Positions 38,349-52,292 of a stretch of DNA of 64,000 nt are shown here, piece after piece; the first letter of the stretch is position 1; each line of letters starts with the position of its first letter. The position numbers were made by a program, and so were the translations under genes. The stretch comes from Dehalococcoidia bacterium (GTDB lineage: Bacteria; Chloroflexota; Dehalococcoidia; DSTF01; JACRBR01). The stretch is from positions 1,430-65,429 of the forward strand of contig JAJTXQ010000021.1 in the NCBI GenBank assembly GCA_021462855.1, given 5' to 3'. Under the pieces are notes generated by a model. That model was not told the origin of the DNA, ran no database searches, and saw nothing but the letters and a program-made list of their open reading frames with translations.

Positions 38349-40064
38349 ATGACGGCGTTGACGCAGGGAGCGCGCGACGAAGCCGAGCCACAGGCACGGA
38401 GACGGCGCTGGCGTGGCCGTGCCCGTCCGGCATCGATCCCCGAAGGACCGTGGCCGGAGCTCGCCGGCCGGCTGATGGCGCTGCGCGGCATCGACGGCGC
38501 GGAGCGCGCCGCCGCGTTCATCGCCCCGGCCGGGGAACGGCCAGACCCGTACGCGCTGCCGGACCTCGGCGCCGCCATCGATCGGATGCTGCGGGCGGTG
38601 TCGTGCGGCGAGGCCGTCGCCGTGTTCGGCGACTTCGACGTCGACGGCGTGACATCGGCCGCGCAGCTGTCACAGGCGATCGCCGCGCTCGGCGGCGTGC
38701 CGCGGCCCTACGTCCCCGACCGTTTCACCGAGGGCTACGGCCTGAACATCGGCGCCATCGAGCGGCTGCACGCGGCGGGAGCGACGTTGCTGATCACCGC
38801 GGACTGCGGGACGAGCAGCATCGACGAGGTGGCGCGGGCGCGCTCGCTCGGCATGGACGTCATCATCTTCGACCACCACACCGTGCCGCCGGCGCTGCCC
38901 GATGCCACCGCGCTCGTCAACCCGAAGCTGCCCGGCGCCACGCCAGGCGGCATGCTCGAGCTGGCGACAGCCGGCCTCGCGTTCCACGTCGCGGCGGCGC
39001 TGCACGAAGCGGCGGACCGCCGCTTCGACCCCGATGCGTACATCGACATCGCCGCGCTCGGCACGGTCTGCGACATGGCGCCGCTGGTCGACGAGAACCG
39101 CCGGCTGATGCGCGCCGGGCTGCCCGCGCTCGCGCGCACCCGCCGCCCCGGGTTGCGTGCGCTCATGGACGTGTCGCGCGTCGACGCGGCGGCGGTGTCA
39201 GCGGAGGACATCGGCTACCGCCTGGGGCCGCGGCTCAACGCTGCCGGGCGGATCGCCCACGCGCGGCTCGCGCTCGAGCTGCTGATGACCGACGACGAGG
39301 AGCGCGGCCGCGCGCTTGCCACGCAGCTCGACGAGCTGAACCGCGAGCGCCAGCAGCGCACCGCCGAGGCCGTACGCCTTGCCGAGCACATGATCGGCGA
39401 TGCCGAACCGCCGCCGCTGATCATGATCGGCCACGCCGACTTCTCGTCCGGGATCGTCGGGCTGATCGCGTCGCGGCTGGTGAACACATACGCGCGTCCG
39501 GCGGTGGTGTACGAGCAGGGCGCCAGCGAAAGCCGCGCGAGCTGCCGCAGCATCGAGGAATTCCACATCACCGACGCGCTGCGCGAGCGAGCCGACCTGT
39601 TCGTGCGGTTCGGCGGGCACCGCGCCGCCGCAGGGTTCACCGCGCGCACGGCTGACATCGGCGCCGTACGCGCGCATCTCATCGATGCGGCAGCGCGCGC
39701 GCTGGCGGGGCGCGAGCTGGCGCCGGTGCTGGAGATCGACTGCAACCTGCCGCTGCGCGGCCTGCGCGGCGAGGAAGTGCGCTGGCTGGCGCGGCTCGGG
39801 CCGTTCGGCATCGGCAACCCGCAGCCGTCGTTCCTGGCACGCGGCGTCACCGTATCCGACGTGCGCTGGGTCGGCGACGGCGAGAAGCACCGGCGGCTGA
39901 AGCTGCGCGACGGCGCCGCGACCTGGACCGCGCTCGCCTTCGACATGCCGGAGGTGGCGATCGCCGGCGGCGACCGCATCGACGTCGTGTACTCCGTCGA
40001 CGCCCCCGCCCGCGCCGACGCCCCGCTCGAACTGAGGATCGAGGACCTGCGCCCGGCGGAGTGA
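38349..40064 (+). CDS. recJ: Single-stranded-DNA-specific exonuclease RecJ
   Basis: DHH motifs (VFGDFDVDGVTS; ITADCGTSS; DHH in IIFDHHTVP) and a DHHA1 C-terminal domain (GGHRAAAGF). Confidence 0.85.
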   Translation: MTALTQGARDEAEPQARRRRWRGRARPASIPEGPWPELAGRLMALRGIDGAERAAAFIAPAGERPDPYALPDLGAAIDRMLRAVSCGEAVAVFGDFDVDGVTSAAQLSQAIAALGGVPRPYVPDRFTEGYGLNIGAIERLHAAGATLLITADCGTSSIDEVARARSLGMDVIIFDHHTVPPALPDATALVNPKLPGATPGGMLELATAGLAFHVAAALHEAADRRFDPDAYIDIAALGTVCDMAPLVDENRRLMRAGLPALARTRRPGLRALMDVSRVDAAAVSAEDIGYRLGPRLNAAGRIAHARLALELLMTDDEERGRALATQLDELNRERQQRTAEAVRLAEHMIGDAEPPPLIMIGHADFSSGIVGLIASRLVNTYARPAVVYEQGASESRASCRSIEEFHITDALRERADLFVRFGGHRAAAGFTARTADIGAVRAHLIDAAARALAGRELAPVLEIDCNLPLRGLRGEEVRWLARLGPFGIGNPQPSFLARGVTVSDVRWVGDGEKHRRLKLRDGAATWTALAFDMPEVAIAGGDRIDVVYSVDAPARADAPLELRIEDLRPAE

Positions 40065-40185
40065 CGTCCGGCCTCGCGCCACGAGGAAACGCGTAGCCGG
40101 GCCATCACGAGCGCGCGCTCGAGCGTGCGCTGGCCGCATCACGGTTCCGCGGCTAGTCTCGTCCGTACAGGCCAGCCTGCGGGCG

Positions 40186-41895
40186 TTACCCGCCTTCGGT
40201 GATGCGCGCTCGCGCCATCTGCACGATGCGCAGGGACTGCTGCGACGCGATGCCGAAGCGCTCGAGCGAATGGCGCGCGAGCTCGAACGCGGCTTCGCGC
40301 TCGGCGATGACGGGCCGGTCAACCCCGGCCTGCATGAGCTTCCGCGCTTCATCCGTGTTCGCGGCGCGGCACACGATGTCGACGTGCGGGTTGCGCGCGT
40401 GCGCTCGCTCGGCGAGCAGCCGCGCCGCGAACGCGTCATCAACGGCGATCACGAGCAGGCGCGCGTTCTCCAGCTCCATGCGGTCGATGGTCGCCGGACT
40501 CGCCAGGCTGCCCTCGATCACCGTGAAGCCGCGCTCGCGCGCCGTCCGGGCCGCCCGCGCATCGTCCTCGACGATGACCGTCGAGAAGCGCGGCGCGACG
40601 ACCGCGGCGACGATCTGGCCGACCTCGCCGTACCCGCACACCACGGCGTTGTGCCCCAGGTACGCCGGACGCGGGTGCGGCTCCGCCGCGTGCTCGCCGC
40701 GGGACCGCAGCAGCGCGTAGCGCACCCCGGCGATCGCCAGCGTGCTGACGACGATCGAGATCGCCGCGGCGGCGATGATCGCGCTGAACGCATCCTCCGA
40801 GATGCGGCCAGCGTCGAGTCCTGCCGCGGCGATCAGGAAGGCGTACTCCGCCACGGGCACGAGCGCGGCCGCCGCCAGCACCGCCGTGTGGGGGCGCGTG
40901 TACAGCGCGAGCAACGCGCCCGAGATCGCCGTCTTCACGCCCACGATCATGACCACGCCGAGCAAGACGAGCGCCCACTCGTCGATCAGCACGGCGGGGT
41001 CGATCAGCGTGCCGGCGGCGACGAAGAACAGCACGGCAAACACGTCGCGCGTCGGCAGCAGTTCGCCGAGGACGCGGTGCGAAAGGTCGGATTCGGAGAC
41101 GACGAGCCCCGCGACAAACGCGCCGAGGGCGATCGACAGCCCCGCCCAGTCCGACACGAGCGCCGTTCCGATCGCCAGCGCGGCGATGGCGATGACGAAC
41201 AACTCCCGCGAGCGCTCCTCGGCGACGCGCGCCATCAGGAACGGCACCACGCGCACCCCGAACGCCAGCGCGCCGACGACGAACGCCACCGTCGCAGCGG
41301 CGGCGATCAGCAGGTCGAGCGCCAGTGTCTCGCCCTCGCCCTGGCTGCTGAGCATGACGATGAGCAGGATGCCCCACAGGTCCTGCACGATCGCCCAGGC
41401 GACGGCGGTGCGCCCATGCGCCGACGCCAGGTCGCCGTCGCGTTCCAGCAGCTTCACGATGACGACGCTGCTCGAGATCGACGCCGCCGCGCCGACGTAC
41501 AGCGATGTCTCCGCCGAGAACCCCGCGACGACGCCCACACCCACCGCGACGCCGATCACCGCCCCGACCTGCGCGCTGGCCGCGGCCGCCACCTTCCACC
41601 CGGCGCGCAGCAGGTCGGACACCGAGAACTGCACGCCGACCGCGAACAGCAGCAGCACCACGCCGACATCGGCCAGGCGGCGCAGGCGGTCGAGGTCGCC
41701 GCTGTAGCCCGGCGTGAACGGTGAAATCACCAGTCCGGCGGCGATGTACCCGATGATCGAGGAGAAGCCGAGACGCGTCGCCAGCCACCCGCCGGCGAGT
41801 GCCACCGCGAGCGCGATGCTGATGTCGACGAGCAGCGAACTGTCGCCTTCCAACGCCCTGATTGTAGCCGGAACCGGATCAAACCCCGGAATCAC
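40186..41895 (-). CDS. Kef-type cation:proton antiporter with C-terminal RCK/TrkA-N domain. Start uncertain.
   Basis: Na+/H+ exchanger membrane domain of about 380 aa, then a Rossmann GxGxxG (VVCGYGEVGQ). No clean SD-plus-start pair; candidates are GTG at 41895 or TTG at 41853. Confidence 0.75.
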   Translation of the reverse strand: MIPGFDPVPATIRALEGDSSLLVDISIALAVALAGGWLATRLGFSSIIGYIAAGLVISPFTPGYSGDLDRLRRLADVGVVLLLFAVGVQFSVSDLLRAGWKVAAAASAQVGAVIGVAVGVGVVAGFSAETSLYVGAAASISSSVVIVKLLERDGDLASAHGRTAVAWAIVQDLWGILLIVMLSSQGEGETLALDLLIAAAATVAFVVGALAFGVRVVPFLMARVAEERSRELFVIAIAALAIGTALVSDWAGLSIALGAFVAGLVVSESDLSHRVLGELLPTRDVFAVLFFVAAGTLIDPAVLIDEWALVLLGVVMIVGVKTAISGALLALYTRPHTAVLAAAALVPVAEYAFLIAAAGLDAGRISEDAFSAIIAAAAISIVVSTLAIAGVRYALLRSRGEHAAEPHPRPAYLGHNAVVCGYGEVGQIVAAVVAPRFSTVIVEDDARAARTARERGFTVIEGSLASPATIDRMELENARLLVIAVDDAFAARLLAERAHARNPHVDIVCRAANTDEARKLMQAGVDRPVIAEREAAFELARHSLERFGIASQQSLRIVQMARARITEGG

Positions 41896-41967
41896 CCTCC
41901 AGGCTCCAACAGGTCCGCGCCCGCGTGCCGAGATCGAAGGTGGGAGCAGAAGGGGCCAGGGGTATCC

Positions 41968-42774
41968 ATGCGCTCGTACATGGCCGAAGTGCGCGACACG
42001 CGCACGTTCGCGCAACTCTTCGATGATGCGATGGCGACGCTGCGCCAGGACAATGCCGAGTACGGACTGATCGGCATCACCGGCGGCGTGATCGCGGCGA
42101 TGATGGCGCTCGTCATGCGCACCGCCGGCGGGCCGCTCGTGGTCGCGGCGATCGTGCCGTTCGTGGCGCTCGTCGCCCTGCTGACGCTGGCGACGACGAC
42201 CGCCGCCCTGCGCCGCGTCGACGAGAACCTGCCGCCGGATGCCTCTCGCGCGCTGCTCGGCGCCGTCGTGCGGCTGCCGTTCATGCTCGTGCCGCTCGGC
42301 CCGCCCATGCTGATCGCCTTCGCGTCGGTCGTCGCCGCATCCTACGCCGGCCGCTACGTGCCCGACGCACTAGCGTTCGCAGGGGGTACCGCGCTCGTGC
42401 TGGTCTCTGCCGCCGCCGCGTTCCGCTACGCGTTGTTCGTCCCGGCGCTATTCGCCCGCGGGTCGAGCGCGCGCGCCGCCGCGCCGTTAAGCGAGCAGAT
42501 GATCGCCGGCGCCCGCCTGCGCGTGGCGATGGCGTGGCTGCTGCCGCTCGCGCCCGCGCACCTCATCGCCCTCGTATCCGCGCTGCTCGGGTTCGGCGTC
42601 ATGTCGAGCGGGCTCACCGCGTTCGCGTACGCCGCCTCCATGCCGCTCGTGGCCGCCGTCTCGTGGATGCAGTACCAGCAGCTGGAGCGTTACGCCGACG
42701 TCGCGACGCCCGCGCCCGCGCCCGTCCGCGGCCCCCCCGCCGTCTCCGAGCGACTCACGAGGCACGTACGGTAG
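41968..42774 (+). CDS. Hypothetical membrane protein, at least 6 TM segments
   Basis: Hydrophobic helices throughout. No family motifs recognised. Confidence 0.45.
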   Translation: MRSYMAEVRDTRTFAQLFDDAMATLRQDNAEYGLIGITGGVIAAMMALVMRTAGGPLVVAAIVPFVALVALLTLATTTAALRRVDENLPPDASRALLGAVVRLPFMLVPLGPPMLIAFASVVAASYAGRYVPDALAFAGGTALVLVSAAAAFRYALFVPALFARGSSARAAAPLSEQMIAGARLRVAMAWLLPLAPAHLIALVSALLGFGVMSSGLTAFAYAASMPLVAAVSWMQYQQLERYADVATPAPAPVRGPPAVSERLTRHVR

Positions 42775-42805
42775 GGCGCCGGGAAGTGCGCGCAATCCGG
42801 ACGAA

Positions 42806-42841
42806 GAAGAAGGACGGCTCCTCAGGCGGCCGTCCTTCTTC
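42806..42841. terminator. Bidirectional stem-loop between convergent genes: 13-bp perfect stem GAAGAAGGACGGC/GCCGTCCTTCTTC with a 10-nt loop
   Basis: Seen directly in the 88-nt gap between the membrane-protein stop (plus strand) and the atpC stop (minus strand). Confidence 0.5.
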
Positions 42842-42862
42842 GGTCATGCCACGGTGACCGCG

Positions 42863-43291
42863 TTAGCGGCGGATGCTGCTGACGCGGCGGCGGCGGTTCT
42901 CGGCGATGCGCAGGCGGATGAGCGCGCGCTGCAGCGCCGCGGCGGCCAGCGCCAGGTCCTCGGTGCCCTCGCGCCGCTCGAGCGCGACGCGCGCGCGCTC
43001 CCGCGCCGCTTCCGCCCGGGCGACGTCGATCTCGTCGGCCCGCTCGGCGGCGTCAGCAAGCACGATCACACGGTCGTTCAGCACCTCGAAGTAGCCGCCG
43101 GTGATGGCGAACGGGAGCTCCTCGGCGCCCTTCTTGAGGATCAGTTCGCCGGGCTCCAGCAGCGTCATGAACGCCGCGTGCCTGGGCAACACGGCGAACT
43201 GGCCCTCGGCGCCGGGCGCGATCACCTCGTCGATGCCACTCTCGGTAAGCATCGTCTTCTCGATGGTCACGATCTCGACGGTCAGCGGCAT
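42863..43291 (-). CDS. atpC: F0F1 ATP synthase subunit epsilon
   Basis: Typical epsilon beta-sandwich plus helical hairpin; last gene of the atp operon. Confidence 0.85.
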   Translation of the reverse strand: MPLTVEIVTIEKTMLTESGIDEVIAPGAEGQFAVLPRHAAFMTLLEPGELILKKGAEELPFAITGGYFEVLNDRVIVLADAAERADEIDVARAEAARERARVALERREGTEDLALAAAALQRALIRLRIAENRRRRVSSIRR

Positions 43292-43311
43292 GTGCGCGCC
43301 TCGATCCTCGC

Positions 43312-45584
<2,273 letters not shown>

Positions 45585-45608
45585 GCCTTACTCGCTTCTC
45601 GCCGCCGC

Positions 45609-47156
<1,548 letters not shown>

Positions 47157-47696
47157 CTATGCGGTGCGGATGCGGCGCTTGAGCGCCAGCAGCCGTGAGC
47201 GCGTGCTGCCATCGATCAGGTGGTCGCCGATGCGGGCGACCAGGCCGCCCATGATCGCCGGGTCGACGACCGCGGTGACGTCGACCCGCTTGCCGGTGAC
47301 CTGCGACAGACGCTGCTCGACCGCGAGCCGTTCGTCATCGCTGAGCGCGACGGCCGTCGTCACGACGGCGTGCGCAAGGCCGCGGCGATCGTCGGCCATC
47401 TCCAGGAACGCCTGCTGGATCTGCGGCGCGAGCGCGAGCTTGCCCCGGTCCTCCAGCAACCGCACGAGGTTCATCGCCAGCGGGCTGACGTTGCCCTCGA
47501 GCGCCGCCGTGAGCAGGCGCATCTTCTCGGCGCGCGGGACGCGGTTGCTCCCGAGCAACGCCCCCGCCTCGCGGTCGCCCACCAGGTCGGTGAGCGCGCG
47601 CAGGTCGTGCGACCACGCGTCGAGCGTGTTCGACTCGTCGGCGATGCTGAAGACCGCCTCCGCGTAGCGCCGCGCCGAAGCCGAGCGTGCCGGCAT
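47157..47696 (-). CDS. atpH: F0F1 ATP synthase subunit delta
   Basis: OSCP-like 179-aa protein in the operon position between atpF and atpA. Confidence 0.8.
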   Translation of the reverse strand: MPARSASARRYAEAVFSIADESNTLDAWSHDLRALTDLVGDREAGALLGSNRVPRAEKMRLLTAALEGNVSPLAMNLVRLLEDRGKLALAPQIQQAFLEMADDRRGLAHAVVTTAVALSDDERLAVEQRLSQVTGKRVDVTAVVDPAIMGGLVARIGDHLIDGSTRSRLLALKRRIRTA

Positions 47697-48212
47697 CTAG
47701 TTCTTCTCCCTGAAGCTGGACTCCGCCAGCGCTTCCTGGATGAGCCGCGCGTGCGACTGCCGGTCGAGCGAGCTGTTGATCACCTTCTCGGCGGCGGCGA
47801 TCGTCAGGTCGCCGAACTCCCGCCGCAGGTCGGCGATCGCCGCGTCGCGCTCGAGCTGGATCTCGTTGCGCGCCCGGGCGAGTGTCGCCTCGGCGTCGGT
47901 CTGCGCCTGCGTGCGCGCATCGGCCGTGATGCGGTTGGCGATCTCCTGCGCCTGCGCGACGAGCGTCTGCCCCTCGCGCCGGGCCGCTTCGATCTGCTCC
48001 TGCACCACGCGTTCGCTCTCGGCCGCCTGCGCCTTCATGCGGTCCGCGCTCGAAATGCCTTCGGCGATGCGCTCGCGGCGCTCGTCGAGCATCTTCATCA
48101 GCGGCCCCCAGGCGACCAGGCGCAGCACGACGAGCAGGATCGTGAAGTTCACCAGCTGCGCGACGAGCACGGGCAGGTTGATTCCCAGGTCAGCTATGCC
48201 GAGGATGATCAT
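47697..48212 (-). CDS. atpF: F0F1 ATP synthase subunit b
   Basis: N-terminal TM helix followed by a long charged coiled coil. Confidence 0.8.
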   Translation of the reverse strand: MIILGIADLGINLPVLVAQLVNFTILLVVLRLVAWGPLMKMLDERRERIAEGISSADRMKAQAAESERVVQEQIEAARREGQTLVAQAQEIANRITADARTQAQTDAEATLARARNEIQLERDAAIADLRREFGDLTIAAAEKVINSSLDRQSHARLIQEALAESSFREKN

Positions 48213-48266
48213 CGTTCACTCCAGACGGCGCACCCGCGGGTGCGGATGCACGACGGCTCCGCGCTG

Positions 48267-48530
48267 CTAGAACACGAAGCCGATCATCACCGCCACGACC
48301 AGCGCGTAAATCGCGATGGCCTCGGCGAACGCGATGCCCAGGATCATGTTGGTCTGGATGACCGGCTGCGCTTCCGGGTTGCGGCCGAGCGCTTCCATCG
48401 CCTTGCCGGTGAGCATGCCGATCGCCAGCGCGGGCGCGAGTCCGCCGACGCCGATCGCCAGGCCGGCGCCGATGTACTTGAGTCCCGCGTCGGTGAACGC
48501 GAGCAGTGGCAGAATGAATCCGAGCTCCAA
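48267..48530 (-). CDS. atpE: F0F1 ATP synthase subunit c
   Basis: TTG start with AAGGAGG 6 nt upstream. Helical hairpin carrying the conserved carboxylate motif (AFAEAIAIYALVVA). The longer ORF N-terminus is spurious. Confidence 0.75.
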   Translation of the reverse strand: MELGFILPLLAFTDAGLKYIGAGLAIGVGGLAPALAIGMLTGKAMEALGRNPEAQPVIQTNMILGIAFAEAIAIYALVVAVMIGFVF

Positions 48531-48605
48531 CTTCGTCCTCCTTCGTCGCCCGATCGTCGGGCGCTTGTCTCCCTGTGTCACCCCCGCCGGGCGGAGGCGT
48601 AACCC

Positions 48606-49859
48606 CTAGTGTGTCGCCGGAATGTGCGCTCCCTCGAGCGGCAGGTCCGGGATGTTGTCGTGCCCCTGCTCGTCGTCGTGGCCCTCGTGCGAGCTCACCG
48701 CGAGCACCGCGAACACCAGCGTGAGCATGGCAAACACGAACGCCTGGATCGCGCCGACGAACACCTCGAGCCCGTAGAACGGCAGCGCGACCAGGAATGG
48801 CGCCAGGAACGTCATCACCAGCAGCAGGATCTCGCCCGCCAGCATGTTGCCGAAGAGCCGGAACGTGAAGCTGATGATGCGCGCGATCTCGGCGATGAAC
48901 TCCAGGATGCCGACGAAGAAGTAGATCGGGCTGCTGAAGTTCAGGAACTTGCCGGCGTACTTGAAGAACCCCAGCGCCGTGATCCCCCAGAACTCGATGA
49001 AGATCAGCGCCATGATCGCGATCGACAGCGGGGAGTTGATGTCGGTGTTCATGCTCCGCAGGTACGGGATGACGATGCCGATCTTCTTCCCGTCCGCGTC
49101 GAGCTTCGCGCGCGCCTCTTCGGCGTGCTCAAGCTTGATGTCCGTCTCGCACACTTCCTTCTCGTGGTCGTGCAGGTCCTCGCACGCCGACGTGTCGACC
49201 TTGATGCCGGCGGCCTTCGCGAGCTGCGCGTCGATCGCGCGCTCGCGCTCATGCTCGATGCAGTCCTTCTTCGCTTCCTTGAGCTCCGCGGTGTCGTGCC
49301 CGGCGGCCTTCGCCTCGTCGATCTCATCGTCGATCGGCGCGCAGGCGGCCTCGTCGACATGGAACTCGATCTCGCCCTGGCCTGGCATGATGAAGCCGAT
49401 GCCCGCCGTCTCGCGCAGCACTGTCGCCTCGTGGTGGAAGTGGTGCGCCGAAACTTCCTGCACCTTGCCGATCGAGAGGAAGCCCGGCAGCAGCGCCATC
49501 CAGTTCGCGATCCAGATGTAGACGAAGATCGTCGCGATGACGGGGAAGAAGCGGCGAGCGTTCTTCTCGCCCGCCGTCGTGATGCAGATGTTGTACAGCG
49601 CCTCGGCCACGCCTTCGATGACGTTCTGGAGGCCGCCCGGCACCATGTTCAGCTTGCGCAGCCCGAAGTACGTCACCGCGCACAGCATGATCACGACGAG
49701 CACCGACGTCACGTAGGTGTTGAGCAGCGGGAAGAAGCCGATGTCCGCGAGCTTCTCGCCCTTGATCTCGATGATCGGCTTGGGGCTCTGGAAGAACAGG
49801 AAGCCGACGGCGAGAAGCACCAGTGCGCCGGCTGCGATCGCGATCGTCTTGAAGTTCAA
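48606..49859 (-). CDS. atpB: F0F1 ATP synthase subunit a, carrying a roughly 125-aa Cys/His-rich charged insertion and a His-rich C-terminal extension
   Basis: Conserved blocks (FVYIWIANWMALLPGF…[insertion]…IPYLRSMNTDINSPLSIAIMALIFI; LFGNMLAGE with the essential Arg region). 417 aa, against about 230-280 for typical a-subunits. Confidence 0.8.
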   Translation of the reverse strand: MNFKTIAIAAGALVLLAVGFLFFQSPKPIIEIKGEKLADIGFFPLLNTYVTSVLVVIMLCAVTYFGLRKLNMVPGGLQNVIEGVAEALYNICITTAGEKNARRFFPVIATIFVYIWIANWMALLPGFLSIGKVQEVSAHHFHHEATVLRETAGIGFIMPGQGEIEFHVDEAACAPIDDEIDEAKAAGHDTAELKEAKKDCIEHERERAIDAQLAKAAGIKVDTSACEDLHDHEKEVCETDIKLEHAEEARAKLDADGKKIGIVIPYLRSMNTDINSPLSIAIMALIFIEFWGITALGFFKYAGKFLNFSSPIYFFVGILEFIAEIARIISFTFRLFGNMLAGEILLLVMTFLAPFLVALPFYGLEVFVGAIQAFVFAMLTLVFAVLAVSSHEGHDDEQGHDNIPDLPLEGAHIPATH

Positions 49860-49863
49860 CCCG

Positions 49864-50103
49864 TCACTTCTTCCCGGCCCGCTCGCGGTTCCATCGGTTG
49901 ATATCCGCGATGGTCTCCATCAGCATGCGATAGCCGCCGTAGAACGCGGCCACCAGTCCGAGAGCGAGCCCGCTGAGCGTGAGAATCCTGCCCGTGCCGA
50001 GGGCGTCATCCAGGACGTACCCGCCGATAGCCCCACCGGCGATGCACGTCGCCACGTACGACCCGAGGCCCAGGAGCCGGACTGCGGGGGTCAGGCGGTA
50101 CAT
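49864..50103 (-). CDS. AtpZ/AtpI-like small membrane protein
   Basis: 79 aa with two hydrophobic helices, GGAGG RBS, immediately upstream of atpB. Confidence 0.5.
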   Translation of the reverse strand: MYRLTPAVRLLGLGSYVATCIAGGAIGGYVLDDALGTGRILTLSGLALGLVAAFYGGYRMLMETIADINRWNRERAGKK

Positions 50104-50299
50104 CCCTGCCTCCGATCCCCTGCCCTGACTTTGCGAAGCCTATCACAAGCCTGCGGGCGGATCAACGTGAAAATTTGCACGAGCGCCGCCAGCGCACCCC
50201 GCCTGGGCCGGTGCAGTATGGGCGCTCGCCGCGCGTCAAACAAGCGACGGGTTGGACATCCGCCCCGGCTGTGGACGAGGCGTCTTGCCGGCGGCGGGA

Positions 50300-50818
50300 T
50301 CAGCTCTTGCGCTTGTCGAAGTCGTCGAGGTCGAGGCTTTCGATGAAGTCCTTGAACGCGGACATCCTCTCGATCTCCTCGGGTGCGACACCGGCGCGTT
50401 CGGCGCGATCCACCGCCTCGCCGTCCTTGTCGAGCATCACGCCGGCGCGGTCGAGCACGCCCTCGTCGGCGAAGATCGGCACCTTTACGCGCACGGCGAG
50501 CGCGATCGCATCGCTCGGACGCGAGTCTATTTCGAGCGCCGACCCGTTCACATCGAGCACGATGCGGGCGTAGAACGTGTCGTTCGCGAGCTCATTGACG
50601 ACGATATGGCTCACCTGCGCGCCCAGCGAGTCGATGATCGACCGCAGCAGGTCGTGCGTCAGCGGGCGCGGGACGGCGACTTCCTGCAACTGCACGGCGA
50701 TGGCGTCGGCCTCGGCCGGGCCGATCCAGATGCAGAGGTAGCGGTCGGACTCCTTCTCTTTAAGGATCACTACCCGCTGGTAGTTCATCAGGCTCACCCT
50801 GATGCTCTCGATCGACAT
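50300..50818 (-). CDS. Bifunctional nuclease (BFN) family protein with UVR-like C-terminal segment
   Basis: BFN-domain hallmark (RVVILKEKESDRYLCIWIGPAEADAIA…IDSRPSDAIALAV). The start is probably the internal ATG/TTG (LIEMSIESIR). Confidence 0.65.
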   Translation of the reverse strand: MSIESIRVSLMNYQRVVILKEKESDRYLCIWIGPAEADAIAVQLQEVAVPRPLTHDLLRSIIDSLGAQVSHIVVNELANDTFYARIVLDVNGSALEIDSRPSDAIALAVRVKVPIFADEGVLDRAGVMLDKDGEAVDRAERAGVAPEEIERMSAFKDFIESLDLDDFDKRKS

Positions 50819-50909
50819 CTCAATCAACGCGTCCAACCTCCGGCCCCCCAGCCGATGCAGTCTAGCCACGGCTCCAGAAGGGTGTCAACGAATCTGGACT
50901 GCACCGCCG

Positions 50910-52292
50910 TCACAGCGCGCCGCCGCGCGGCGCCATGGCCGGTGGCGGCCTTGTCCCCGTCGACCATTTCGCCTCCAGGTAGATGCTGACGCCCGCGATC
51001 CCCGCCATGATCGCGGCGATGGCGAACAGCACCGGGCTCACACCGAAGATATCGGCCACCGACCCCGCAACGATAAGAGGCAAGATCCCGACCGCGTTCG
51101 CCAGCACGACCTGTGCCGCGAACACGCGCCCGCGCATCTCGGCCGGCGCCCGCTCGTGCAGGACGGTCTGCGCCGGCGCATTGACGAGCGCGTAGGTGAA
51201 TCCCAGCGGCCCGGCGAACGCCATCGTCAGCAGCACCAGGATCGACAGGCCCCCCGCCCGTTGCTCGCCGGACGGGTCAAGCATCTCGGTCCGCTCGAGC
51301 AGCAGCGAGATCGGCTCGATCAGCCCGAGCAGCAGCACGCAGAACGCCAGCCCGCACATGCCGATGATCACCGCCCGGTTGTTGCCCACGCGCCCGGCGA
51401 TCCACGGCAGCGCCCGCAGCCCGACGACCGCGCCCACGCCCACGGGCGCGAAGATCGTCACCGCCTTGTCCGGCGCGACGCCGAGGATCGTCTGCATGTA
51501 GCGCGGCACGAGCACCGCGAACAGCAGCACGAGCGAGCTCCCCGTCGCGTAGTGCACGAGCGCGAGCGTCGACACCGGGTCGCGCACCAGCGTGCGCAGC
51601 GTCGATGCGTAGTCGCCGGCGGCATCGCGGAACTCGCTGACCTGCGGCAGCGATCGGTCCGGCGTCTCGTCGTGTTCCGTCATGTGCGGCATCAGGTACG
51701 CGCAGGCGACGGCGATCCCAAACATCGCCGCGGCGATGACGAACAGCCACACGGCGCCCGCCGTCGGCAGCATGATCGGCGCCAGGAAGATCATGCCGAT
51801 CAGCTGCGAGCCGGTGACCGACAGGCTGAACATCGAATTCGCCTGGATGAGCTGGTCGCGCTGCACCACCGACGGCACGGTGACCGCCGACGTCGTCCCG
51901 AAGATCTGGCTCGATGTCGCGAAGAAGATGCTGATCGCGATCAACAGCGCAAAGTGCTCGCGCGCGAACAGGAAGCAGATCGCCAGGACCGCGCGCGTGA
52001 GGTTCGTGTAGATGAGCAGCTGGCGCTTGCTCCACAGGTCGACCAGCACGCCGGAGAACACGCCGAACACCACCGACGGCACGACGAACGACAGCACGAG
52101 CAGCGACGTGAACGTCGACCCGTCGGTCAGGTCGGTGACGAGCACCAGCAGCGTGAACAGGATCGCGTTCTGCGCCGACTGGGAGATGAGGTGCGCCGGC
52201 CACAGGAACAGGAACCCGCGGTTCGCGAAGACCGAGCGCGGCCTCGGCCTCGGCGGGTGGCGCAGCGGGCGGATGTTCTGTGCGCGCGCCAT
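50910..52292 (-). CDS. MFS transporter, paralog 2 of a tandem pair
   Basis: 12 TM segments. Its ATG overlaps the stop of the upstream MFS gene by 1 nt (TGATG). The long N-terminal ORF extension is spurious. Confidence 0.7.
   Translation of the reverse strand: MARAQNIRPLRHPPRPRPRSVFANRGFLFLWPAHLISQSAQNAILFTLLVLVTDLTDGSTFTSLLVLSFVVPSVVFGVFSGVLVDLWSKRQLLIYTNLTRAVLAICFLFAREHFALLIAISIFFATSSQIFGTTSAVTVPSVVQRDQLIQANSMFSLSVTGSQLIGMIFLAPIMLPTAGAVWLFVIAAAMFGIAVACAYLMPHMTEHDETPDRSLPQVSEFRDAAGDYASTLRTLVRDPVSTLALVHYATGSSLVLLFAVLVPRYMQTILGVAPDKAVTIFAPVGVGAVVGLRALPWIAGRVGNNRAVIIGMCGLAFCVLLLGLIEPISLLLERTEMLDPSGEQRAGGLSILVLLTMAFAGPLGFTYALVNAPAQTVLHERAPAEMRGRVFAAQVVLANAVGILPLIVAGSVADIFGVSPVLFAIAAIMAGIAGVSIYLEAKWSTGTRPPPAMAPRGGAL

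Noticed and set aside
40065-40185. A putative terminator between the convergent recJ and kef genes (GCGGGCGTTACCCGC)
   Set aside because: The 5-bp stem is too weak and ambiguous to call.
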